A stretch of 64,000 nt of DNA from a virus. Taxonomy: Duplodnaviria; Caudoviricetes. Below, piece by piece: positions 38,673 through 49,124 of this stretch. Location: positions 1-64,000 of the IMG/VR virus record IMGVR_UViG_3300021399_000134. One strand, 5' to 3'. The notes beneath the pieces are model-generated. The model saw only the letters and a list, made by a program, of their open reading frames with translations. It had not been told where the DNA came from and made no database searches. Each line of letters begins with the position of its first letter. The first letter of the stretch is position 1. A program made the translations under genes and the position numbers.

Positions 38673-39962
38673 TTATAAACTTGTAATTTCAACTTTGATT
38701 TCAGTTTCCTCTCCAAATTCTGAAACAAATTTGATTGTTAATAATTCTCCTAAGTATTTATCATCACCAATGAACTTCACTTTGATTTGATTTGATAGAA
38801 GAGTAGTATCATCAGTTGGATATATAACTTTAATTAATCCTTCGGTTGTTCCGTCATTCAGCATTTTCCCATATGTATATACTGTTAATTCTTCGTGTTC
38901 TTTATCTTCTAAATCTTCATACTTTGCAAGAAATTCATCACTACCATCTATAGGCATACTAAACCACCATTCACCATTAGGCGAATCAATTGGTTCGTCA
39001 TTACGCTTGAATAACGTTTCAAACTTTTTATAATTGCCATACACCTTTAACTGTGGTTTCTTTCCACCAATATATCTGATGTCAGCACTAACGCCTGGTC
39101 GTGCCTCTTTCTTTTCTTCTACTGGTGGTAAGGCTGAATTATAATAATCAGCCCACATTCCAATTATGTTACCTAAGTCGTCTCTTTCTACATAATCTTT
39201 ATGTTGGTCAAATTTATCTTGTGCTAGTGTGAATATTGCAATTCCAAGTGTAGAAGTTCGTACAACCTTAGATACTCGCCACGCTTTTGGTTCTGTCGAT
39301 ACCTTAGCATCTATGATTAATCTTTGGTTGTAGAATAAATTCTCGGTGTATGTGTTAAGAGGGATTGCAAATTTCTGAACATCATTTCCAGTTTCAGTTT
39401 TGTAATCTCTCCATACACCACTTGTATAACTTGACTGACTACGCAAGCAACCTAACATTTGAAATTTCTTGTTATCATAAATCCATTGGAATAAATAATC
39501 ACAAGGTAATACTTCAAATGTTCTAAACATAAGCACATTGTAATTCGCTTTAGCCACTATAAGCCATTTATTATATATTCCGTTCGCATCAGGAATTAAG
39601 CAATATAAGCCTACAGGAAAATTTGCATTATACTTCTTACCCAGCACTTCATCATAATAATCTACATTACATTCTTGCTGTGGTCTAAATTGTATGTGAC
39701 AAGTTACTTCATCCTTTGAATATGATTGCTTTTCATGCATGAAAAATTTAGCGTCTATTGCAACATAAGAATCTTTTACGGCTTCAAGATTAATGTTATT
39801 TGCTTGCAACGGACTTGGATCGTGAAAATAATCGAATAAGTATACTTGTCTTGATGCAATATCTTCCCACCATGTGCTATTCATTATATCCTCAGAATTA
39901 CGCTTATGTTTTAGTCCATTATAAATATTGTTTCTTTGTTTAAATACTTCAAAAGAAGGCAT
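38673..39962 (-). CDS. head-tail joining-region protein
   Basis: Position only. Confidence 0.5.
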   Translation of the reverse strand: MPSFEVFKQRNNIYNGLKHKRNSEDIMNSTWWEDIASRQVYLFDYFHDPSPLQANNINLEAVKDSYVAIDAKFFMHEKQSYSKDEVTCHIQFRPQQECNVDYYDEVLGKKYNANFPVGLYCLIPDANGIYNKWLIVAKANYNVLMFRTFEVLPCDYLFQWIYDNKKFQMLGCLRSQSSYTSGVWRDYKTETGNDVQKFAIPLNTYTENLFYNQRLIIDAKVSTEPKAWRVSKVVRTSTLGIAIFTLAQDKFDQHKDYVERDDLGNIIGMWADYYNSALPPVEEKKEARPGVSADIRYIGGKKPQLKVYGNYKKFETLFKRNDEPIDSPNGEWWFSMPIDGSDEFLAKYEDLEDKEHEELTVYTYGKMLNDGTTEGLIKVIYPTDDTTLLSNQIKVKFIGDDKYLGELLTIKFVSEFGEETEIKVEITSL

Positions 39963-39967
39963 TGTTA

Positions 39968-40291
39968 TTACACCTCCTTTATCTTTAATACTTCAGCACC
40001 TGCATCTAGTATTAACTTTCTATATCTGCTGAAGTTATACTTAGGATTGTGGTACTCATTTTTTGCTGATTGCAATAATGATAATACTGATATTATTTCA
40101 GTAGGATAGGAGAGTAGGCTATTTAAACCACTTATCCTACACATAGTATCATCAAATGTTTTGTCTACATCTATGTCGAGATATTCGTTTTTTGTACTAG
40201 GGTCTACTATCAATAGCAAGAAAAATATTTGGGTACGCATCTTCTTCTTTATGCCACTGAGTTGTTTTTCTGTAATCTCAATATTGAGCAT
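39968..40291 (-). CDS. hypothetical protein
   Basis: ORF track; SD AGGAGG. Confidence 0.7.
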   Translation of the reverse strand: MLNIEITEKQLSGIKKKMRTQIFFLLLIVDPSTKNEYLDIDVDKTFDDTMCRISGLNSLLSYPTEIISVLSLLQSAKNEYHNPKYNFSRYRKLILDAGAEVLKIKEV

Positions 40292-40293
40292 TA

Positions 40294-40752
40294 CTATTTT
40301 CCTTTCATAACTGGAGCATAATAGCCATGCTGTGTTGCATATTTTTTCTCTAATATTTTATTAGAGTATTCATACAAATTTTGTACAGCACTTAATTGAT
40401 TAGACTGAGCATAGAATTTTTGCTCTGTTTCTCCAAAGAATTGATTAATTAAGTTCTCGGTTTCTAATTTTGGTCCAAGCCATTCCACTACCATTCCATG
40501 TGCAAACATACTTTCCACAAAATTTTTATCATATAAATCATCAATGCTTGATGCTAATGTGTAAGTAACTTCTTGCTTGTCATCATCAATCGCTATTTTA
40601 GAAAATAATTTTCGTATGATAGGTTTACCAAGTAATGCAGTAAACCATTCATACATAGATGCGTAAGCATCTTCTTCTGAAAGAGATGCTAAATCATACC
40701 CTGATATAATCGACAAAAAACGAGAATAAATTGATTCATAAGTAGAGGTCAT
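40294..40752 (-). CDS. head-tail adaptor-like protein
   Basis: Helical, MTSTYESIYSRFL N-terminus; position after the capsid genes. Confidence 0.5.
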   Translation of the reverse strand: MTSTYESIYSRFLSIISGYDLASLSEEDAYASMYEWFTALLGKPIIRKLFSKIAIDDDKQEVTYTLASSIDDLYDKNFVESMFAHGMVVEWLGPKLETENLINQFFGETEQKFYAQSNQLSAVQNLYEYSNKILEKKYATQHGYYAPVMKGK

Positions 40753-40767
40753 ATAGCACCTCCTTTG

Positions 40768-41424
40768 CTAAATAAATTCTTTAATTGATGTTCCACAAAT
40801 TTCGTCAATGGCTGCTATCTTATTAAGCGAAGGATAGTTTTCCTCGTGTATCATACTCATTACAGTATGCTTGATAACATCTCCAAAAACCTTTGGTGCT
40901 TTACTAAGGATTTCTTTAAATTTATCATCATCTAAATCAAAAAACTCTTCAGGTGAAGTTACATTTAAATACTTCTTGTAAGCACCACTAAGGTCTTTTT
41001 TCCACAACTCACAAAGTGTGTCATCTTCAATTAAGACCTGTCCTTCTTTAAATATGCTTCTTCTTCGAAGATACTGTAAATCTTTGTAAGTTATGTATTC
41101 AACATCTCCATATGCATTCCAACGATATAATGTAATCTGGTCAATTCCTGTTTCAACAATTTTCCACGGAACAACACTTCTGCATGGGATTACATCATTA
41201 GGGTTATAAGTCCTAACAATATCTTGTGGCATAACCTTTTTTGATGATGGCGTTTCCTCTTTTGGGGTAGGAATAGAAAAAGAATAGTTGCTTTCAGCAA
41301 ACTGTATTTCATCATCCTTTAAACTCTGCATATGATTTGAGATGTCATAACCATTGTCTTTGAAAAATGCAATTAAATCTTTATTTTTAGTGTTTAACTT
41401 TTTTGACAATTCGTAAACTTTCAT
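40768..41424 (-). CDS. head-region protein with N-terminal IF2-N-like domain
   Basis: MKVYELSKKLNTKNKDLIAFFKDNGYDISNHMQSLKDDE matches the VYEL.K.LN..SKEL....NHM pattern of the Firmicute IF2 N-domain. Confidence 0.65.
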   Translation of the reverse strand: MKVYELSKKLNTKNKDLIAFFKDNGYDISNHMQSLKDDEIQFAESNYSFSIPTPKEETPSSKKVMPQDIVRTYNPNDVIPCRSVVPWKIVETGIDQITLYRWNAYGDVEYITYKDLQYLRRRSIFKEGQVLIEDDTLCELWKKDLSGAYKKYLNVTSPEEFFDLDDDKFKEILSKAPKVFGDVIKHTVMSMIHEENYPSLNKIAAIDEICGTSIKEFI

Positions 41425-41459
41425 TCTGTATTCTCCTTTTATTCATATATATATATTAT

Positions 41460-42572
41460 TTAATTTGTAGCAATAATTTCGCCAAAGAGTTCGTCAACAA
41501 CAACGCCGATGCCTTCCCAGAAATTCAACTGTCCTTCAACAGTTCTATCCTGTAATTCGCCATCACGACCTCTTTCAACATACTCAACATCACCTTCGTT
41601 TACACGCTTGATAGGCTTGAATGTTGCTGACTTAGGAAGTATCAAAATCTTCTTATCGTCATTAGCGTCAAATACACTCTGTCTTGTGCCAGGAATATTA
41701 ACTCTTTCAAGTGCAAGACATTCATTACCCATCCAATGACCAATCTTGCCAGTCATGTTTAATTCTTCTTTCATAGACTCTGAATAAATGTCATAAGGTA
41801 CAGTTGCCTGCAACTTATTAATTGCTCCAGTTGTTCCAGTAAGAAGAACTTCTGATACACCAGCAACAGACTTAACTAAATCAATGTGTGCAATAATATC
41901 TGCTGTTGTTGCAGTAACAATTGCTGTTGTAAGAATCATGTCTGTAGGAAGTACAGTATCCATTCCTTTAAATGCCTCAAAAAGACTTGAATATCTGTAC
42001 TGTTCCATTGACTGATACATTCTGTCAATAAGTGCTGCAAAATCAATCTTACCTGTCATAAAGAGAACATAATCTGTATAAACTTTGATAGTGTATGTTG
42101 AAGTATCAACTCTGAACGATCTACCAGGTGTTACTTTCTGTCTAACAACATCATGATGATTTCCAGCCCACTTAGAAACTGTAAGAAGTCCTTTGCTTTC
42201 AACAAAGAATTCGTTTTCATCACCAAGAGCAATATTCTTATCCTCTACAAGATTCATGAATGCAGCGTTGCTAGGATTCCAACCACTATTCATTCTGTCG
42301 ATAAGAATATTTTCAACGATACTATTTACTTCAATACCATGTGCTCTCCACGCCTGTCTTCTCTCTGTCTGTGTAACATTTTTATCAGCAAAGTCTACAC
42401 CAAGAATTGATGTAAGCTGACATCTAATCATCTGATTGGTTTCCTCTGCTGAATACTTTGTATACTTTCTCTTTGATGCATCAAGTGCTAACTGCTCAAA
42501 TGCAAGAATATTATCTGGGTTATTATCAAAAACAGCCTTTACTCTGTCGCTATAAAACATAATATTTTTCAT
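41460..42572 (-). CDS. major capsid protein
   Basis: 370 aa, after scaffold and decoration genes; size and position fit an HK97-fold MCP. Confidence 0.75.
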   Translation of the reverse strand: MKNIMFYSDRVKAVFDNNPDNILAFEQLALDASKRKYTKYSAEETNQMIRCQLTSILGVDFADKNVTQTERRQAWRAHGIEVNSIVENILIDRMNSGWNPSNAAFMNLVEDKNIALGDENEFFVESKGLLTVSKWAGNHHDVVRQKVTPGRSFRVDTSTYTIKVYTDYVLFMTGKIDFAALIDRMYQSMEQYRYSSLFEAFKGMDTVLPTDMILTTAIVTATTADIIAHIDLVKSVAGVSEVLLTGTTGAINKLQATVPYDIYSESMKEELNMTGKIGHWMGNECLALERVNIPGTRQSVFDANDDKKILILPKSATFKPIKRVNEGDVEYVERGRDGELQDRTVEGQLNFWEGIGVVVDELFGEIIATN

Positions 42573-42590
42573 TTGTTTTCGCCTCCTTCC

Positions 42591-43190
42591 TTATGCTACT
42601 GATTCATTCTTTAATACTTCAATACGAACCATGTTAAATGTTGCAAATTCACTTGTTGTTACAGAATGGATTCTACCAATGAAACCATATGTATCTCCAC
42701 TTGGCTTACTTGTAACTGCTTTCCAAAGTCCATCCTCATTAACTACAACATAGTTACCAACAGCAACATTATCTGTATCTCCAGTTTTTACAAACTGATA
42801 CTGTGCTACTGCAAAGATGTCGCCATCATGCTCATCACCACGAACCTGATATACTTTTGCAAGTGTACCTGCCTTATGATAGAAGTTATAAGGCTGTGAC
42901 TGTCCGAGTGTAAATGCATCTTTGATAACTTCTGGTGAACCTGTAACACCAATCTTATCTCCTTTAGAGGCGATTGCGATATAACGCTCCTGTAATCCGT
43001 TTCCTGTATATGCACCAACTACAACTGGTACACCATTGTCAATTGCGATTTCTGTCTTTTCTTCAGCATCCAAATCCTCTACTGCAAGACCATCCCAAAG
43101 ATGACCAGCGAGAGTGCTGACAAGTAAAGAAGATTCCCACATACCATGATAGTTTGTGTTTACTTCATCTAAATTAGTATATATTGCCAT
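42591..43190 (-). CDS. head decoration/cement-like protein
   Basis: Position between scaffold and MCP. Confidence 0.5.
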   Translation of the reverse strand: MAIYTNLDEVNTNYHGMWESSLLVSTLAGHLWDGLAVEDLDAEEKTEIAIDNGVPVVVGAYTGNGLQERYIAIASKGDKIGVTGSPEVIKDAFTLGQSQPYNFYHKAGTLAKVYQVRGDEHDGDIFAVAQYQFVKTGDTDNVAVGNYVVVNEDGLWKAVTSKPSGDTYGFIGRIHSVTTSEFATFNMVRIEVLKNESVA

Positions 43191-43214
43191 TTCTTTTAAT
43201 TCCTTTCTTTTGAT

Positions 43215-44792
43215 TTAGTTTTTTTTGATTTTTGCATTTAATGTACTAAGAAAATCATCTTTTTCAGTTACATGCTTACTAAATGCAAATGACTGTTTAG
43301 TTTTCTCAGGCTCAGGCTTAGACTCAATTTTATGTCTTTTAGCATATTCAAGTAATATACTATCTGCTTTGCTCTGAACTTCTTCAACAGATAAATTAAA
43401 GTAAGTTTCTCTGTTCTTTAAATTCTTAAACTCGTCAGTATCAGAAATATTTTCGTAATCCTTTGATTCCAAAATCTTAATCTTCTCAGGTTCACTTTCA
43501 TACTTCTCTAACTTTTCGAACATTGATGGGTATGTATCCATCATTCTCTGATACCTTGCTTTCTCATCTGCTGACATCCATACAGCCTCAATTGGAATTC
43601 TCTCTCCAACAAGTGAGAATACACCATTTCTTTCTCTGTATGACTGACGATAATTATTATTGTACCCATACATATAAAGTATATGATTATCTTCATCTGC
43701 ATCTACTCTATAATATTCATCATCAACGCATGAGTAAGCATCGTGCACTAATCTTGAAAGTTCTTCGAGTTTTTCAGAAAGAGTAAGAGAGTAGGTATGC
43801 AGTACCTTATCGCCATTAAGCACACTATATGTAATTGTATAGTTTTCTGTTGTAGGCTCTGGCTCTGGTTCTGTCTCAGGCTCAGAGTTTTCAGGTTCGG
43901 TTGCGAATACTTCTTTAAACTTATTCTCTAACTCTTCATCTGATAAGCCTTCAACTTCAAATGTTAGGTCAGTCTCTGTCTTTCCATACTGATTTAAAAG
44001 TTCTTCAAGTTTGCTCACTGAATTTTCCTCCTTTCCTGAGTTTTCAATTTTAGACAGTCTTTTATCAAACTTTTCTAAAATCTCTTTAATATTTAAATCA
44101 GCAGAACTACGTGTCAATGAATTGTTCTCCTGACTAAAATCTAAAATACTTACACCTGCACCTTCCATACCAGGTAGTACATCTTCTCCAAGCAATGTGT
44201 ATCCCATTACTTCAAACTTATCTAAAAAGATACTATTGCTTTCTGCGTCAAATCGCATTTCATTCACTAGCAATTCAACACTACCAGAACATCCACCTCT
44301 TCTTTCGATAATTTCTGATGCTTTTGTATAGTCTTTTGGAATAGCAGCAGTAGCATAAATATAATTTTTACCGTTTTCCTCGTTGTAAATCATTGTAGGT
44401 TCATCAGCGGTAAATGCACCTACTTGCTGTTCAATGTAAACAATAGAGTCATCATCTTCATCTTCCTCAATTTCATGACCCATAAAATCTAAAACTTTGT
44501 TGCCATCTTCATCTTCAACTTCTTTAAATGCGGCAAGGATAGGTTTATATTTAATTCCTTCCATACATGCTTCAGCTGATTCAAAAGTGACATTAGTTCC
44601 ATTTAAGTTATCTTTGTCATGCAAAACTAATACTCCTAGAAATAGAAGTAAATCATTATCAATATCCTTTTTTTCGTATGTTGTAGGAACTTGAACGCAT
44701 AACTGATAACCTTGTTCATTCGCACTAAATCTTGTAAAATTGGATTTCTTACAAAATTTAATAAGCGATTCAATTGTTAAAAGTTTCTTCAC
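43215..44792 (-). CDS. prohead protease/scaffold-like protein
   Basis: N-terminal globular domain (HDKDNLNGT..DFMGHE..GSVEL), acidic EPE linker, helical C-terminus; upstream of the MCP. Confidence 0.65.
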   Translation of the reverse strand: MKKLLTIESLIKFCKKSNFTRFSANEQGYQLCVQVPTTYEKKDIDNDLLLFLGVLVLHDKDNLNGTNVTFESAEACMEGIKYKPILAAFKEVEDEDGNKVLDFMGHEIEEDEDDDSIVYIEQQVGAFTADEPTMIYNEENGKNYIYATAAIPKDYTKASEIIERRGGCSGSVELLVNEMRFDAESNSIFLDKFEVMGYTLLGEDVLPGMEGAGVSILDFSQENNSLTRSSADLNIKEILEKFDKRLSKIENSGKEENSVSKLEELLNQYGKTETDLTFEVEGLSDEELENKFKEVFATEPENSEPETEPEPEPTTENYTITYSVLNGDKVLHTYSLTLSEKLEELSRLVHDAYSCVDDEYYRVDADEDNHILYMYGYNNNYRQSYRERNGVFSLVGERIPIEAVWMSADEKARYQRMMDTYPSMFEKLEKYESEPEKIKILESKDYENISDTDEFKNLKNRETYFNLSVEEVQSKADSILLEYAKRHKIESKPEPEKTKQSFAFSKHVTEKDDFLSTLNAKIKKN

Positions 44793-44813
44793 TTGTCTAA
44801 TTCCTTTCTCTAA

Positions 44814-45296
44814 TTAAACACGAGCATTAAGCATGTAAAAATTAGCCTGAATCTGTATTGATGTAGTACCAGTATTCGTAATAACAAAACCATTAGTATT
44901 TAATGCAATGCTGATAGTAACAGTATTATTAGCATTACTAATTTCAAGTGTTTCTCCAACTCTACCAATTAATGACATAGTATCAGTAAAATCAGATGAG
45001 CCTTCACCACGTAAACTCATTAATTCAATAATCACACCTGTGTATTTAGGGTAGAAACTATCACTATAAATTTGTTCATAATGACTTCGTGAAATAGTAC
45101 CGCCTGCTGCTATTGTTTCAAAAATAGCAACACCATTTTCGAGTTTGATACAAGCACCAATATTTAAATTATTTATTTCGTCTTTAATCTCTTTGTATGC
45201 TGCATCAATCTTGTCTGAATTAGTATTCATATCATCCACATCGTAATAATCAGATGTGCTTGGTTTTCTTAATTCAAGATTGGTTGTTGTTTCCAT
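44814..45296 (-). CDS. short fibre-like protein
   Basis: METTTNLELRKPSTSDYYDVDDMNTNSDKID N-terminus, homologous to that of 10871..12214. Confidence 0.6.
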   Translation of the reverse strand: METTTNLELRKPSTSDYYDVDDMNTNSDKIDAAYKEIKDEINNLNIGACIKLENGVAIFETIAAGGTISRSHYEQIYSDSFYPKYTGVIIELMSLRGEGSSDFTDTMSLIGRVGETLEISNANNTVTISIALNTNGFVITNTGTTSIQIQANFYMLNARV

Positions 45297-45316
45297 TTAG
45301 TTTCCTTTCTCCACAT

Positions 45317-45344
45317 AAAAATATCCCCTACAAAAGTAGGGGAT
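45317..45344 (-). terminator. terminator-like hairpin inside the late region
   Basis: ATCCCCTAC-4 nt-GTAGGGGAT then ATTTTT on the - strand. Confidence 0.65.
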
Positions 45345-45381
45345 TATGTAGTATTTGTATTAACAATGTGTATTTAGTAAA

Positions 45382-46401
45382 TTAGTTCCCTTTTGTACCT
45401 ACTGGCATCATTAAGATAGTATTCCTTTTGTTTCTATTTGATGCACTTAATATACCCATATATTCATTTTCAGTTAAAACATCTAACCTTTCTGGACATA
45501 TAGGCATATAATCTACATTATTTATTTTATAAGTATTTCCACAACTAATTCCTATACTACCATCTGTATAAATAGCTTTCAATTCACTGAATGTATACTG
45601 TTTATGCACATATCTGAAACCACTATAACTATCATTATATGTGTAAAATTCTGGTAATATAAATGGAAATGTAATATTAGATAAGTAATAATCTCCGCTA
45701 TTAAATTCTGGTGTAACAGTGTCAATCAGTGCTTTTATATATGGTGAATTATATGAATCAGAACTATCTGAACTTTTAGGTTTATATAAATATATAGGAC
45801 CTTGAAATTCTCTGTTGCTGTAACTTACTGGAATAGGTATAGATGTACTATTTGGGCTATAATAATATGTATAATCCATAGACGAAAAAACTGGGAAATA
45901 CTTACCATTAGTTTGAATAAATGTAATTAGATTGAATTTATTACCAGCATAATCATTAAATGTATAGACATTATTATTTCTGTCATTTATTTCATCAGTT
46001 GTGAACCAAGTAAATACTTTACCGTCATCTAAAGAATATACTCTTAGATATTTAAATGGTTCTATACCATTAGAATCATGACCTATATAAGCAGGTTGTG
46101 CATAATAACTAGCAGCTGATTTGTTAATTTCTCCTTCTAATGATGTTATCATCTCTCTAAACCAATATGCAGTACCTTTAAAAGGACCTTTAATTATAAC
46201 CTTACTTCCTATATTGATTAGGCAATGTCCAAAATATCCAGTAGTACCATTATAGTTAAACGGCAACAAACATCTCCATTCATCAGCTAAATTAGGTGTG
46301 TCATCATAAGCAGATAATACTTCTTTCATGGCGTGGATAAAAGATAAAGCTCTTTCTGTAGACTGATACTCACCCTCTAAATCATAATCATAATATATCA
46401 T
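45382..46401 (-). CDS. hypothetical Tyr-rich (adhesin-like) protein
   Basis: ORF track; coupled to the upstream short gene by an ATGA overlap. Confidence 0.6.
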   Translation of the reverse strand: MIYYDYDLEGEYQSTERALSFIHAMKEVLSAYDDTPNLADEWRCLLPFNYNGTTGYFGHCLINIGSKVIIKGPFKGTAYWFREMITSLEGEINKSAASYYAQPAYIGHDSNGIEPFKYLRVYSLDDGKVFTWFTTDEINDRNNNVYTFNDYAGNKFNLITFIQTNGKYFPVFSSMDYTYYYSPNSTSIPIPVSYSNREFQGPIYLYKPKSSDSSDSYNSPYIKALIDTVTPEFNSGDYYLSNITFPFILPEFYTYNDSYSGFRYVHKQYTFSELKAIYTDGSIGISCGNTYKINNVDYMPICPERLDVLTENEYMGILSASNRNKRNTILMMPVGTKGN

Positions 46402-46646
46402 TCTGTAACCTCCTCTATGGTAACTTTTGTAATAGTATTTCCAACATTAGTTGCACTTAATTCCCTAGTGTTTTGTAATAAGGTTATTTCTGATGGACCA
46501 CTACCACTTGAAATATCAGCAATCTTTGTTGCATAATCTCTAAATGTGTCTGAATCTGAAACTTCTACACCTTTTTCAATAATAGCATTCTTGATGTTCG
46601 CCTTTGTGGTATTAAGATAGTTTAATTTATCTGCAATAGTACCCAT
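46398..46646 (-). CDS. short fibre-anchor-module protein (MGTIADKLNYL..NAIIEKGV)
   Basis: ATG at 46646 overlaps the upstream TAA (TAATG); module shared with the tail fibres. Confidence 0.65.
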   Translation of the reverse strand: MGTIADKLNYLNTTKANIKNAIIEKGVEVSDSDTFRDYATKIADISSGSGPSEITLLQNTRELSATNVGNTITKVTIEEVTE

Positions 46647-49099
46647 TAAACCACCTCCCCATTGATTGTATCTAAGGTAGATGAAATATCGCCTATCATT
46701 GCGTCTATTTCGCTCTTGGTATAACATATATCTTTTACAGCTGTTATTATATCAGAAGCAGCATTTTTTACAAAATACCTCACATCTCCTACATCCCCTG
46801 TATCAGCCCATATGTTGTTAGTGCCAAGAAGCGACTTAACAGCAGTAGGAGTAAGTTGGTAGGTTTGAGGTGTGGCTAATTTGTAGACAAGTTGTACAGG
46901 ATTTCCATTTGTTTTTTGAGAAACCAAATACGCATTAAAATCTGCCACAGAAGATATTGATAATAAAGCATCAACCTTGTTCTTATAGAACATAATATAA
47001 TGTCCACTACTTGGTGTTGTTCCAACAATACATTCTCTTCTATCACCGTAATTAAAATGTGATAATATTCCATCTTCTGAAAATTGTGATTTTGCAAAAG
47101 GAATTGAATTATCCAAAAGCCTATAATAATTTCCACTTTCAGAGAATGTAATGTCTGAAATGTTATAGTATGCTCTATCCACCGTCAACACCCCACTAAC
47201 CACATCAAGACTACCACCATATACTGTGAGTGGGTTATCTCCGTCTTTGAATTGGATGTTGTAGGTTTGTCCGTTGTAGGGTTCGTAGGTGGTCGCGGTA
47301 TCGTCCACCTCGATTTGAGCATTTGGATATGTTTCATACTCAGTGTGTATGTTATATACACCTAACACTACGTACTCTGCCCCACTTGGCACTTGTTTTG
47401 TTCCATTGTTATCAATTGATCGAAAAGTGCTAATTACATCATTAAAATCATCACTACCTAGCCACGCACTATAAACACCACCTTGGTTCATAAATCCACT
47501 TATGGTTATTTTTGATAACCCTTTTACCTTAATCTTAACACTCTTCCACCCCCCTGCATTTTGTAAGGTTACAAAAGAACCGTCTCCTGTTGGAGTATTA
47601 GAAGTATAATAAATATTATAAAAGCCATTATTGTAAGAAAACAGATTCTTCCCACATTTCGTCACATTCGCCTCTGTATGTCCGCTTATATGTCTTACAT
47701 TCTCTGGACTTGGGTCTCCACTTCCTTCTTGTATTGGCTCTATGCCGACTTTGAGGGAGAGCATAGGGAACGCTCCACAGTTTGATAGGGTTTTTACGCT
47801 TTCGTAAGTGCTGTCTTCTGCAATACTCATATGTATATCATTATAAATACCATCAGAAGTTACTGGATTTTCTGATTTATCCGTAGGAACAGTATCAAAA
47901 GTTAGGGCATCTTGTTTATCATTTAATAAATTATTGGTTTCACTCTTAGTGTAATAATTACCAATAATATCAAACATTGTTCCGCTTGTAATATAATTAT
48001 TACTATTTTCTGTTAATTCTGTATCAACAACCCTTGCAATTTTACAATAGCTTGTTCCTTCAGGATATTCAACACCAGGTACTACAATTAAACCTGCATA
48101 TTGCATTGAATTCTGTGGATAATCATATATGTCACTAGCGCCTGAAGTGCTAAAATCATGAGATAATTTAAGGTAATTATCATATGGCTCATTGATTCCA
48201 TGATTGATATATTCTGCATAAAAATTTCTTTCTTCCCAAGAGCTTTCGCCAGTTGACTTGATAATATCAACTGTAATACTAAGATTATAATGAGCATTCA
48301 AAGAAGGTAACACATTGTTAATAAACTTAACAATGCTATCTGTGTATGTTACTTCTGTATCATAGCTATACGCTGTTTTATTAACTTTATATTTAGCATA
48401 TTTAATTGTCTGCACATAATCTTCTACATTAGCAAACATTAAATTATTTAAGTCAATATCAGTAACTGGTACATCAGTAACATCAAGAACGATATGAACA
48501 TTACAACCATAGGTATCTTCAACAATTCTATCCACTACATCTATGGTACTTTCTTTAAAAGTACATGTAATTTCATCTGTCTTAAATCTAATTGTACCTA
48601 CTACATCAGAATTATAGACATTAAACATTGTAACAAAATTGGTAGAACTCATATAATTTCTTAATAATTCACGATGATTATTAGGAGTATCAACAGATGA
48701 ACTCTTTACTGAATAAAACTTTAAAATATTATTGGTATTATTTAAATTATCAACAAATGTTTTAAAGTTAGTAATCGTATTTGTAATATCTTCGCCATTC
48801 TTATATACTGCATAACCTACTTGAGTATATTCTGTAGGAATCTTCAACTCATCCAGTGTAAAATCATAGAAAATATTTACTTCGTATAAGTCAGGATTAC
48901 TGATTGCATCATATACACCGCCAGATGTAACTGGGTTTGTTGAGTTTTCAGTAGGTGTATTATCAAAGTTTAATACATCTTGTTTATCAACTAATAAATT
49001 ATCTATTGCATTTCTATCGTAAGTTCTAGACTTAACAAAACCAGTTATTTTTTCAATCATATCAAGTCCTTGATTACGAGTTAAGAAACCATTTTCCAT
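46646..49099 (-). CDS. large modular fibre-like protein
   Basis: Three PTENS-type repeats, YTKSE repeats, GDPSPENVR..GKNL module. Confidence 0.65.
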   Translation of the reverse strand: MENGFLTRNQGLDMIEKITGFVKSRTYDRNAIDNLLVDKQDVLNFDNTPTENSTNPVTSGGVYDAISNPDLYEVNIFYDFTLDELKIPTEYTQVGYAVYKNGEDITNTITNFKTFVDNLNNTNNILKFYSVKSSSVDTPNNHRELLRNYMSSTNFVTMFNVYNSDVVGTIRFKTDEITCTFKESTIDVVDRIVEDTYGCNVHIVLDVTDVPVTDIDLNNLMFANVEDYVQTIKYAKYKVNKTAYSYDTEVTYTDSIVKFINNVLPSLNAHYNLSITVDIIKSTGESSWEERNFYAEYINHGINEPYDNYLKLSHDFSTSGASDIYDYPQNSMQYAGLIVVPGVEYPEGTSYCKIARVVDTELTENSNNYITSGTMFDIIGNYYTKSETNNLLNDKQDALTFDTVPTDKSENPVTSDGIYNDIHMSIAEDSTYESVKTLSNCGAFPMLSLKVGIEPIQEGSGDPSPENVRHISGHTEANVTKCGKNLFSYNNGFYNIYYTSNTPTGDGSFVTLQNAGGWKSVKIKVKGLSKITISGFMNQGGVYSAWLGSDDFNDVISTFRSIDNNGTKQVPSGAEYVVLGVYNIHTEYETYPNAQIEVDDTATTYEPYNGQTYNIQFKDGDNPLTVYGGSLDVVSGVLTVDRAYYNISDITFSESGNYYRLLDNSIPFAKSQFSEDGILSHFNYGDRRECIVGTTPSSGHYIMFYKNKVDALLSISSVADFNAYLVSQKTNGNPVQLVYKLATPQTYQLTPTAVKSLLGTNNIWADTGDVGDVRYFVKNAASDIITAVKDICYTKSEIDAMIGDISSTLDTINGEVV

Positions 49100-49124
49100 T
49101 CAGTAAACCTCCTTTCTTTTATTG

